Below are positions 1 through 7,627 of a stretch of 64,000 bases of DNA, piece after piece. The stretch is from a virus: positions 1-64,000 of IMG/VR virus record IMGVR_UViG_3300046694_000291. One strand, given 5' to 3'. Position numbers and translations under genes: made by a program. Within the stretch, counting starts at the first letter, position 1, and each line of letters begins with the position of its first letter. The notes under the pieces were generated by a model. The model was not told where the DNA came from. It was given only the letters and a program-made list of their open reading frames with translations, and made no database searches.

Positions 1-181
1 AGGCGTGCGGGTCCCCGATCGGCCGCAGGTGCGCCGGGTCCACCCAGACCCCGTCCGACTTGTACGCGGGCTTCACCATCAGGTCCCGGCCGCCGACCTC
101 GGCGATCTTGACTGCCATGCCGGTGCGGACGTCCCGGGCGTAACCGCCCCGCTTGAGCCCGTGCGTGTCGAGATCCACCAT
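1..181 (-). CDS. hypothetical protein (runs off window)
   Basis: ATG at 181 with upstream GGAGG; open frame MVDLDTHGLKRGG to the window edge. Confidence 0.55.
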   Translation of the reverse strand, partial: MVDLDTHGLKRGGYARDVRTGMAVKIAEVGGRDLMVKPAYKSDGVWVDPAHLRPIGDPHA

Positions 182-231
182 CTCGGTTCCTCCATCTGTG
201 GTCTGCCCCGGCCGGTCGGCCGAGGGCTGAG

Positions 232-326
232 TGGTCCGGGCGGACTTGAACCGCCTTCTCCGGAGCGAGCTGGGAACCGACCGAACAGCTCTGCCCCGGC
301 GTCCTTCCTGTTGGACGACCTGGACC
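232..326 (-). ncRNA. tRNA-like RNA with elongated anticodon arm
   Basis: Acceptor GGTCC(A)G/CGGACC+A; D arm GTCC-AACAGGAA-GGAC; T arm GGCGG-TTCAAGT-CCGCC; anticodon arm replaced by a 7+6 bp stem with 13-nt loop TTCGGTCGGTTCC. Confidence 0.7.
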
Positions 327-364
327 GTGACCGGGATTGGGCCCCCGGCGGCCGTGAGTGTGCT

Positions 365-643
365 TCAGCGGACGTTGATGCGCAGTAGGCGGGCGAGTGC
401 CCAGGGACCGCCGTGCAGGCCCTCAGGACGGCAGTCAGCCGATCCGAACCTCTCCTCCCCGCGCACCAGGCGCCAGGGGGTCCGGTCGCCCGCCTTCTCG
501 GGGTCGTGGGTAACCGGCTTGCCGTGGTGCTCGTCGTCCGGCCGGGAGACCCGGATGACCGCGCCCTCGGCCTGAGCCGCGAGCAGAGCCCGAGCGGTCC
601 AGGGGCTGCCGAGGCGCTTGTGCCCGAACGTCCCGTCGCCCAT
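365..643 (-). CDS. hypothetical protein
   Basis: MGDGTFGHK start overlaps the stop of the upstream gene. Confidence 0.55.
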   Translation of the reverse strand: MGDGTFGHKRLGSPWTARALLAAQAEGAVIRVSRPDDEHHGKPVTHDPEKAGDRTPWRLVRGEERFGSADCRPEGLHGGPWALARLLRINVR

Positions 644-1056
644 CAGATCGTCTCCTCCCCGATCCACTCCTTGAGCAGGTTGACGAACGCCAGCGGATCG
701 GCGTCGACCTTCTTGCGTAGCGCGCCGCGCAGTGTGTAGGTCCGGATGCCGTGCTCCGACATGAACGCCTCGACCTGCTTCTGCTTGAGCTTGTAGGCCA
801 GCGTCTCCGGGGTGTGAAGCTCCCACGCCTCATAGCTCCACCGCTTGTCCCAGGGCTTCTGGGACCGGATGTCGTACTCCTGACCCCACCAGGGCAGCTT
901 CTCGCCGTCGATGCCCTCCAGGACGACCCGGAACCGGGCCACTCCGATGACCCGGACCGGGATCCTCTGCTCGGGCTGGGTCCGCACGGCCCGCTTGAAC
1001 AGGATCAGCTCGTCACCGACCGAGGGGCGGGTGAACTCGGGCCTGGACTCAGCCAC
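643..1056 (-). CDS. hypothetical phage protein
   Basis: 137-aa ORF with globular composition, coupled to neighbours. Confidence 0.7.
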   Translation of the reverse strand: MAESRPEFTRPSVGDELILFKRAVRTQPEQRIPVRVIGVARFRVVLEGIDGEKLPWWGQEYDIRSQKPWDKRWSYEAWELHTPETLAYKLKQKQVEAFMSEHGIRTYTLRGALRKKVDADPLAFVNLLKEWIGEETI

Positions 1057-1429
1057 GGTCGGCCTCCAGGTCGTCGTTCTCGATGCCGGTCAGCCGGAAC
1101 GGGAGTACCGGGACGCCCTCGGGCTGCATGGCCTCGCTCAACTGACGCAGCCACGCGTACTCCGGCATCTTGGCCCAGTCGTAGTGGACTCCGCCGCCCC
1201 AGGTCGCCTTGCCCTCGGTGCCGTCGGACTTGAGGACGATGCCCGCCATGGAGAGGCCGGTCCAGCCCTCACGGGTCCACTCCCCGCCCTTGAGGCGGTA
1301 CTCGATCGTCACGTGATCAATACGGACCTTCTTGCCGGTGCTGCTGTTGGGGTGCGGCATGACCGGCCCGTCGGTGATGTTGACGGACCGTTGAATCCTG
1401 CCGTGACTGTTGTTGTGGATGAATTCCAT
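1049..1429 (-). CDS. hypothetical phage protein
   Basis: MEFIHNN start preceded by GACCACGGAAGGA. Confidence 0.7.
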   Translation of the reverse strand: MEFIHNNSHGRIQRSVNITDGPVMPHPNSSTGKKVRIDHVTIEYRLKGGEWTREGWTGLSMAGIVLKSDGTEGKATWGGGVHYDWAKMPEYAWLRQLSEAMQPEGVPVLPFRLTGIENDDLEADRG

Positions 1430-1611
1430 GGACGGTTCCTTCCGTGGTCGGTGCTCCGGGTGAGCGCCCCGAGGGGCCACACGTACGTCCGGGAACGGAC
1501 GTGGGGCCGACTGAGGCTCAGTACGGGAGCGGACGCCCCGAGGGCGTCCGCGTGTCGGGCTCGTCCTGCGGCCGGGGCCGGGACAGCTTCTTGATCCGGA
1601 CCTGGCGCACG

Positions 1612-1845
1612 TCAGTTCCAGACCGAGGTGGCGTGCTGCCGGTCGACGGCCTGAGACACGGCGTGGAAGAGCCGGTGGCCCTCGGGGCAGTAGCCGGAGC
1701 AGTCCGGCTCACCCACATCGAACTCCTCGGCGCACGGCTCGCATTCGTGCGTGTGCGACACGAAGCGGTCCAGGGTCACCCGGTAGGGCAGCGAGTCCAG
1801 GTGCTGGACGACCTTGAGAACGAGGGTCACCGGCTTGTGTGGCAT
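1612..1845 (-). CDS. small Cys/His-rich protein
   Basis: MPHKPVT...HTHECEPC...CSGYCPEG. Confidence 0.6.
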   Translation of the reverse strand: MPHKPVTLVLKVVQHLDSLPYRVTLDRFVSHTHECEPCAEEFDVGEPDCSGYCPEGHRLFHAVSQAVDRQHATSVWN

Positions 1846-1850
1846 GGTCC

Positions 1851-2318
1851 TCAGTCCTCCGAGAGGTAGTCGGCCGCGTACGCGGCGTCCTGGAAGGCCC
1901 AGGCGATCCGGGCCGCCTCCTCGTGGGTGACGACCTTGGGGGTGTTCATGTCGTCGCCCTCGGCCACGACCTTGCCCTTGACCGTGATCCGGTAGTTCCA
2001 CCGGCCGGTGTACCGCTTGCCGACCGTACCGCCTCCGGTCTTGCTGATCTCCACCATGACGTGGGTCCCGATCGGACGGCCGACCCACTCGTGCTCGGGG
2101 GTGCCGGTCTCCCGCAGGACGAACAGCTTCTGCGGGGCGAAGTCCTCGACGTAGCAGTCCCCGCCCATGAAGTAGACCCGGACCCACTCGTTCCGGACGT
2201 CCGGCCGGGCCGAGACGACCTGTCCCAGCTCCTCGGCCTCGAAGACGATGTCGCCCGGCTTGAGGGCCTCCCGGGCGTTCTCCAGAGTGAGCTGGACCTC
2301 GGTGAGCTTGCGTCCCAT
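1851..2318 (-). CDS. hypothetical phage protein
   Basis: 155-aa ORF, RBS AGGAG, upstream GACCAAGGAA. Confidence 0.7.
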   Translation of the reverse strand: MGRKLTEVQLTLENAREALKPGDIVFEAEELGQVVSARPDVRNEWVRVYFMGGDCYVEDFAPQKLFVLRETGTPEHEWVGRPIGTHVMVEISKTGGGTVGKRYTGRWNYRITVKGKVVAEGDDMNTPKVVTHEEAARIAWAFQDAAYAADYLSED

Positions 2319-2381
2319 GATCTCTCCTGTTCCTTGGTCTGCTGTTCAACTCGGCCCTACCCCGGTTGGGTTGAGCCTAAG

Positions 2382-2465
2382 CGCCCCCGGCCCGACTCGA
2401 ACGGGCCGTACTCCGACGTGGACCAGATCAGTGGCGACGCACGGCCGAAGCTCTGTAGCGGAGAC
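2382..2465 (-). ncRNA. degenerate tRNA-like element
   Basis: Acceptor GTCTCCG/CGGGGGC and canonical T arm GCCCG-TTCGAGT-CGGGC; D and anticodon arms non-canonical. Confidence 0.5.
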
Positions 2466-2498
2466 GGCCGGATCAAGGCTCCGGCCGGGCCGTGGTGC

Positions 2499-3179
2499 TC
2501 AACGCTCGTTCTGGCGCATCCTGATGCGCTCAGCTTCCATCTCGGCCTCTTCGGCCGCCGAGGTCTCCTGGGACTGCCTCAGGTCGTCCGGGGTGCGGGG
2601 GTGCCAGCCGATGTTGTGCGCGGCACAGTCGGCCTGGGTCAGGGCCCGGCGGGCCACGCGGTGCTCGCCGTAGGTCACCTCGCACTCCTCGGTGGCGTAG
2701 CAGACCTCGTCGCTGTGCGGGCTCCGGAAGGCGTGTCCGTGCTCCGGGAAGGCCGCCCGGACGACGTCCTCGGACCACTCACCGGCGTCCTCCGGGGCCG
2801 GGCGGAGCGTGTCGGTGCCGGGCACCCGCTCCAGCTTCCCGAGCCCGGAGGCGGCAGCGTAGCCCTGGTGCCGTGCCATGTCCGCCGACGTGGTGTCGCC
2901 CCACTCGGCCGGGTCGGGACCGTAGTCCGCACCCCGGTTGATGTCCTGGATCGTCCGGAACTCCTCGGGGGTCCGGCTCTGGGTCGTGATCTCGGCCAGG
3001 ATCTCCTCGGCCGACGCATAGTCGGTCTGCTCGTCCAGCCGGGCGAAGACGCCCGCGTTGTCCAGGGTGTCGATGGCCTGGGCGATACCGGCGTACGTGC
3101 CGATCTTACCGATCCTGGCGATCTCCCGGAGGACGGCCAGCGCCTCGATCACCTCGGGCTCGAACTCGTGCTGTGTCAT
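2499..3179 (-). CDS. hypothetical phage protein
   Basis: 226-aa acidic ORF with start motif and RBS. Confidence 0.7.
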   Translation of the reverse strand: MTQHEFEPEVIEALAVLREIARIGKIGTYAGIAQAIDTLDNAGVFARLDEQTDYASAEEILAEITTQSRTPEEFRTIQDINRGADYGPDPAEWGDTTSADMARHQGYAAASGLGKLERVPGTDTLRPAPEDAGEWSEDVVRAAFPEHGHAFRSPHSDEVCYATEECEVTYGEHRVARRALTQADCAAHNIGWHPRTPDDLRQSQETSAAEEAEMEAERIRMRQNER

Positions 3180-3261
3180 GATCGGTTCCTTCCGTGGTCG
3201 GCCCTGAATGGCCTCACAGGGGGTGCGGGCGGCAGGAGCCGACCGTACCCCCGAGCGGGAC

Positions 3262-3882
3262 TCAGTGCTGGCGCTCGTCCTTCTCCAGGTCGTAGTGGCT
3301 GTTGTTCCGGTCCAGCAGCGCGCGGTACTTGCCGTGCCGGTCCGAGCCGGTGATGTCGTCCGGGTCGAGGGCGATCACGTTGTCCGTGCGGGTCCCGTTC
3401 GGGGCCACCAGCACGTCGTTCAGCCGGGCGCCCTGGAACCCGTCCCGCCCGGCCAGCTTGCGGAGCAGGTAGTAGGCGTGCCGTGTGCCGGTCACCTCGT
3501 ACGTCTTCCAGCCCCGGTCCCAGCGGACCGCGAGGTCCAGGTGGTCCGGCCTGCCGGTCGTGGCGGCCAGGTGGTCCTCCCGGCGCATGCGGGCGAGGGT
3601 GTTGACGTCGGACGGCGCCGGGGCCTCGTCGGCCGTGTAGAGGTCGTCCGTCCGGATCCCGGCCAGGACCGTGGCGGCCAGGGCCTGGGGGATGTTCAGC
3701 CGCTCGGCGAGGTCCTGACGCAGCTCCCGCCGGGTGAACATCTCGTCCCGGGCGTTGCCCTGCTGGCGGGACAGGTTCGCCTGGTTGCGCTTGCGGGCGA
3801 TGAGTTCGAGGTCGCCCGCGTTCAGGGTCACGGTCTGGCCGTTGCTGACGGACACGGTCAGGTCGTCGGTGCGTACGTGCAT
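3262..3882 (-). CDS. hypothetical phage protein
   Basis: 206-aa ORF, upstream GACCAAGGAG. Confidence 0.7.
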   Translation of the reverse strand: MHVRTDDLTVSVSNGQTVTLNAGDLELIARKRNQANLSRQQGNARDEMFTRRELRQDLAERLNIPQALAATVLAGIRTDDLYTADEAPAPSDVNTLARMRREDHLAATTGRPDHLDLAVRWDRGWKTYEVTGTRHAYYLLRKLAGRDGFQGARLNDVLVAPNGTRTDNVIALDPDDITGSDRHGKYRALLDRNNSHYDLEKDERQH

Positions 3883-3969
3883 GGGGTGCTCCTTGGTCGG
3901 TTCCCGGGTGGCCGAGCGGCCGAGCCAGGGTCACGGGCCTCCCGGCCCGCGCCCTCGACTGCTGCTCGA

Positions 3970-4197
3970 TCAGTTGGTGGCGTGACCCGCCAGCTCCTGG
4001 AGGACCATGATGGCCTCGGTGCGGGTCATGTTGGAGGTGTCGTACCCGGGGTCCCCGTGGCCCTCCTTCAGGAGCCGGTACAGCTCCGCGAGCGGCGTGT
4101 CCCGGTGCAGTTCCAGCATCGCGTCCAGCGCCTTGAAGGTCGTCTGGTACGTGCCGTGTCCGGCGATCTCCGCCGTGATGTGGCCAGGCTTGCGCAT
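3970..4197 (-). CDS. hypothetical protein
   Basis: MRKPGHIT start with GAGGA RBS. Confidence 0.6.
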   Translation of the reverse strand: MRKPGHITAEIAGHGTYQTTFKALDAMLELHRDTPLAELYRLLKEGHGDPGYDTSNMTRTEAIMVLQELAGHATN

Positions 4198-4214
4198 GAT
4201 CGGTTCCTCTCGGT

Positions 4215-4577
4215 TCAGCGGGGGATGCGCGGGGACTGCTCGTCCAGCCGCGCCATGGTGCAGTCGGGGCACAGCTCGCTGGACCCCTTCAGCTCGGTGC
4301 CGCACTCGGTGCCGTAGCCCTTGCAGTGGGCGGGCGCTGCGGCCACGGCCACGATCGCGTCGTTCAGGTACGGGAAGGCCTGCTCCCCGTCCGGCGTGTG
4401 GAGCTGCTCGCCGCTCTTGTCGAACGCCTCGTGGCAGCCGAGGTGCGAGGTGGTGTAACCGACGAACCGGCCGTCCCGGTAGACGGCCCGCCGGAGGAAG
4501 CGGTGGCCCCGGCGGACGATCCGGGTGGAGACGTTGGACGGGACAGGGGCTGAGCGCCGGAATGCGGAGCTGCTCAT
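4215..4577 (-). CDS. hypothetical protein with C-terminal Cys cluster
   Basis: MSSSAFRR start after GACCACGGAAGAAGGA; HCKGYGTEC...CPDC. Confidence 0.65.
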   Translation of the reverse strand: MSSSAFRRSAPVPSNVSTRIVRRGHRFLRRAVYRDGRFVGYTTSHLGCHEAFDKSGEQLHTPDGEQAFPYLNDAIVAVAAAPAHCKGYGTECGTELKGSSELCPDCTMARLDEQSPRIPR

Positions 4578-4600
4578 GGTTCCTTCTTCCGTGGTCGGCT

Positions 4601-4654
4601 GGCTCATCAGGACCGGGGTGCCACCCCGGCCGACGGGGTCGCCCCCGTTTCGCC
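4601..4654 (-). ncRNA. hammerhead ribozyme, type II
   Basis: GGC-GAAAC-GGGG(GCGA)CCCC-GTC^-GGCCGGGG(TGGCA)CCCCGGTC-CTGATGA-GCC: complete catalytic core and three stems; predicted cut between 4632 and 4631. Confidence 0.92.
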
Positions 4655-4972
4655 TCAGCTCTGCGGCTTGTGGGCGCGCAGTCCGTTCGCCCCGACCTTG
4701 CCCTCGTAGCCGCACTCGCACTTGCGGTACAGCTTCCGGGGGTTGGCGGGGACCATCTGGCCGGTGCAGTAGACGTCGGCCTTGGAGGCCTGCTCCGCGT
4801 GCGCCTTGATGTCCGAGGGGGTGCAGCAGTCGCTGCACGGGGTCCAGCTCGCGGCCTCGTCGTCGCTCAGGGCGATGGGGTCGCCGGAGGCGATGGCCCG
4901 CTTGGCGTTGGCGCAGGAGTAGCTGGCGTGGCGGTGGTCGCCGTGCGTGGTGCGGTAGAACTTCGCGCTCAT
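4655..4972 (-). CDS. small Cys/His-rich (putative Zn-binding) protein bracketed by hammerheads
   Basis: 105 aa, H-x-x-x-x-C, CSDCC and CEC motifs; AAGGAG RBS. Confidence 0.75.
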   Translation of the reverse strand: MSAKFYRTTHGDHRHASYSCANAKRAIASGDPIALSDDEAASWTPCSDCCTPSDIKAHAEQASKADVYCTGQMVPANPRKLYRKCECGYEGKVGANGLRAHKPQS

Positions 4973-4992
4973 GGTCGGCTCCTTGTGTGCCT

Positions 4993-5045
4993 GGCATCGT
5001 CAGGACCGGGTGGCGCCCGGCCGACGCCCCGAGGGGCGTTTCGCC
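4993..5045 (-). ncRNA. hammerhead ribozyme, type II (one extra U after the core)
   Basis: GGC-GAAAC-GCCC(CTCG)GGGC-GTC^-GGCCGGG(CGCCA)CCCGGTC-CTGACGA-T-GCC; predicted cut between 5023 and 5022. Confidence 0.85.
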
Positions 5046-5426
5046 TTTGGTTGTTCGTTGCGCGCTGGTCGTACGGCGGCTCCGTTGCGTCTTCGACGTC
5101 TGCCGTCTGGTCGTCCGCTCTCGGTACGCTCCCGGGTTCTCTCCGACCGCTGGTGGGTTCCGTGTGTCCCTCACCTGCCGTCGGCCGTCCGCCGTTTTGC
5201 GATCTCGTCGGGTCTGGCCTGCCGTTTTCTTGGGGAGGGTCGGTGCCCTGTCTCCGGCGGCCCCTGGGGCCGATTCGGAGGGTCCGGAGTTCCGGGTCCC
5301 TCCGGGGCCTTACCGCCTGGCCCCTTGTTCTTTAACTAAATCATAGGGCTGGATCAGGCATCTGTATAGCCCCAGGCCAACGCTCTGACCTGGGGCTACA
5401 TAATTAATTTCATGATTCTTTAGGCC

Positions 5427-5645
5427 TCAGTGGCCCGCGATCACCATCTCCTGGACCGGGACCACCAGCTTCACGGGCCCGTCGCAGGCGCGCCCGCTCA
5501 CGTACGCGACCGGGAAGTCCTCGCCCCGGTACACCAGGACCCCGTACTCGGGCACTCCCTCGACCCGGACGACGCGCTGGCCGAGGCGGACGACCTCGCC
5601 CTCCTCCAGGCCGGTGACGGGGGTCAGCCGCAGGTGCATCAGCAT
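5427..5645 (-). CDS. hypothetical protein
   Basis: 72-aa ORF downstream of repeat copy 1, with start motif. Confidence 0.55.
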   Translation of the reverse strand: MLMHLRLTPVTGLEEGEVVRLGQRVVRVEGVPEYGVLVYRGEDFPVAYVSGRACDGPVKLVVPVQEMVIAGH

Positions 5646-5686
5646 GATCTGTTCCTTCTTCCGTGGTCCCCGCCATACGGCGGGCC

Positions 5687-5870
5687 GTATACCTACTCGG
5701 TTACTCTTCGTACGAATTGACCGAACCTACCGGTCCGTAGAGCTACGGATTGGCGAGGTTCCCTTCTGAGGAGCGAACCCGACCGGTCCCTCACACTCCC
5801 ACCACCCACTGCGAGTTCGCAGTCGCCCAGGTCAGGGGGTGGTTTTACTAAATCGGACATTGCGGGCGCC
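5687..5870. repeat. dispersed ~184-bp fixed-spacing element, copy 1
   Basis: Blocks CTACCGGTCCGTAG, GTTCCCTTCTGAGGAGCGAAC, GAGTTCGCAGT, CCCAGGTCAGG, GGTTTTACTAAATC shared with other copies. Confidence 0.9.
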
Positions 5871-5903
5871 GGGGCGGGCCGTATAAAGACCCGCCCCGAA
5901 CGC

Positions 5904-6242
5904 TCAGGCGGACTTGCCGGTCTTGCGCAGAGTGGTGACCTTGCGGCCCGAGCGGACCGCGTCGTGCAGCTTCCCGTTGAGGTGGAACCTGACGGTCTTG
6001 ACGGTCATGGCGCGCTCGACCCGGCCCCCGAGGGCGCCCTTGGCGACCCGGCGGCGGGACGGTTCCAGGGTGAAGGCGTTCGGCAGCTTGACCTTGAACC
6101 CGGCGGCCAGCGCCCGGCCCATGACGTCGATCACTGCCTGGACGGCCTCCCGGGCCGACTCGTCGGTCTGGCCGGTCTCGGCCGCGACCGCCCGGGACAG
6201 GGCGATGAAGTTGAGGTCGTTCTCGATCTTCGCTCGAACCAT
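5904..6242 (-). CDS. HU/IHF-family histone-like DNA-binding protein
   Basis: LSRAVAAETG...AREAVQAVIDVMGRALAAGFKVKLPNAFTL...VRF...KLHDAV matches the HU fold pattern. Confidence 0.8.
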   Translation of the reverse strand: MVRAKIENDLNFIALSRAVAAETGQTDESAREAVQAVIDVMGRALAAGFKVKLPNAFTLEPSRRRVAKGALGGRVERAMTVKTVRFHLNGKLHDAVRSGRKVTTLRKTGKSA

Positions 6243-6244
6243 GA

Positions 6245-6442
6245 TCAGTTCTCCTTGGTCTTCCTGGTCCGGGTCTTGCGGAACCCGAGCGGCCCCGGCA
6301 GATCGACCGAGGTGGTGCTCCGGCGGCGGCCGGTCGTGTGACTGACCGGTCCGACCTTGGTCGTGATGGAGACGCCGGTCTTGCCGAGGTTGAGGTACAG
6401 CCCCGGCATGACCTTGATGCGCTTCCGGAAGGTGAGCGGCAT
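6245..6442 (-). CDS. DUF4236-like small basic protein
   Basis: FRKRIKVMPGLYLNLGKTGVS signature. Confidence 0.75.
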   Translation of the reverse strand: MPLTFRKRIKVMPGLYLNLGKTGVSITTKVGPVSHTTGRRRSTTSVDLPGPLGFRKTRTRKTKEN

Positions 6443-6527
6443 GGCCGTCTCCCTTGATCGGTGAGGCCCAGTTGCCCCGTGGAACGCTCGGACGGACCGG
6501 AACCCGAGCGCTCACCGCGAACTGGAT

Positions 6528-6677
6528 CTACTTCTTGTCCTCGGGCTTCTCGTACGCCGTGCCGCCGTAGAGCTTGCGCTCCGTCTGGCGGCGCTTGCCC
6601 GCGCTCGACCGGCGCTGGTTGCCGGTGGGGCTCTGGCTGGCCGGGTCGTCGTCCGGCCGGGGCTTCTTCCGCGCCAT
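6528..6677 (-). CDS. small basic protein (49 aa, not in ORF track)
   Basis: MARKKPRPDDD...EKPEDKK*, start overlaps upstream stop. Confidence 0.5.
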   Translation of the reverse strand: MARKKPRPDDDPASQSPTGNQRRSSAGKRRQTERKLYGGTAYEKPEDKK

Positions 6678-7228
6678 CAGAATCCGTACCCTTCCCGCCA
6701 GGTCATCGGGTAGCTGTTGCCGTTGTTCCCGGACTCGTCGGCGTACCGGCCGAACGGGGTGGGACGGACCGTGGCCTCCAGCACCGTGTCACCGTCGGCA
6801 ATGCCGTCCAGGATCTCGTCCCAGCCGGTGTCGGTCCGCTCGGGGCCGCTGAAGTAGAAGACGTCGTGGCCGTCGGCCGCGTAGTCGGTGCCCCGGTCGA
6901 TGACGACCTCCAGGGTCCAGTCGACCCGGGACCCGGCGCCCTTGTGCCGGGTGAACTTCTCTTCGGGGACGTCGTGCTCCTCACCCAAGCGGCCGTCCAC
7001 CTCCTCGCGGATGTGGATGCCGTGGGCAGCCGTCACCCCGCACCGGAAGTTGCCCTTGCCGATATGCAGCTCGTTGTCCGGCGCCGGGGGCGTCATGCAC
7101 GTCCAGGAGCAGTCCTCGGCCGCCTTGGCGGCCAGGGCCCGCGCCTTCTCCAGGCTGTAGAAGGGCTTCTCGCCGGGGTTCATGATGAAGCCCGAGCCCT
7201 CGTCGCTCACCCAGTAGGTGGTCCTCAT
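6677..7228 (-). CDS. hypothetical phage protein
   Basis: MRTTYWVSD start, acidic globular ORF. Confidence 0.65.
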   Translation of the reverse strand: MRTTYWVSDEGSGFIMNPGEKPFYSLEKARALAAKAAEDCSWTCMTPPAPDNELHIGKGNFRCGVTAAHGIHIREEVDGRLGEEHDVPEEKFTRHKGAGSRVDWTLEVVIDRGTDYAADGHDVFYFSGPERTDTGWDEILDGIADGDTVLEATVRPTPFGRYADESGNNGNSYPMTWREGYGF

Positions 7229-7233
7229 GCTGT

Positions 7234-7572
7234 TCAGCTCCCCTCGGGCGCCTCGGCGCCCTCCACGGTCACGCTCTCGACGGCGGTGTTGTGCGTGCTC
7301 CACCGGCCGTCGCTGTCCTCGGTCACGAGGTACAGGCCGGTCAGGCACTCCGGGTCGGACTTGACGGCCGCCGCCCACAGCAGGTCGATGGTCTGGACCG
7401 CGAGGTCACGCTGGAAGCCGATCACCCGGGCGACCGAGCCCTGCCAGAAGTCCTGGCGCTGGACCGAGCCGTCCTCCTCGACGAAGTACGGGTACGGCTG
7501 CTTGGTGAACTCCTGGCCGTCGATGATCTGGTCGACGTAGGACGCGGGCTGCACCCGCAGGACCCTGCTCAT
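7234..7572 (-). CDS. hypothetical phage protein
   Basis: 112 aa, AGGAGG RBS. Confidence 0.7.
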   Translation of the reverse strand: MSRVLRVQPASYVDQIIDGQEFTKQPYPYFVEEDGSVQRQDFWQGSVARVIGFQRDLAVQTIDLLWAAAVKSDPECLTGLYLVTEDSDGRWSTHNTAVESVTVEGAEAPEGS

Positions 7573-7627
7573 GTGTCCTCCTGGACATCGGGGACGGGCC
7601 CGGCCGACCGGCCGGGCCCGAAGCGGA

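Noticed and set aside
232-326. Canonical tRNA gene or tRNA-based attP
   Set aside because: No 7-nt anticodon loop, and no integrase is present in the window
1455-1480. Twister-sister ribozyme, suggested by GGGCGCTCA
   Set aside because: The conserved GCAAG and GUGCAAG elements are absent
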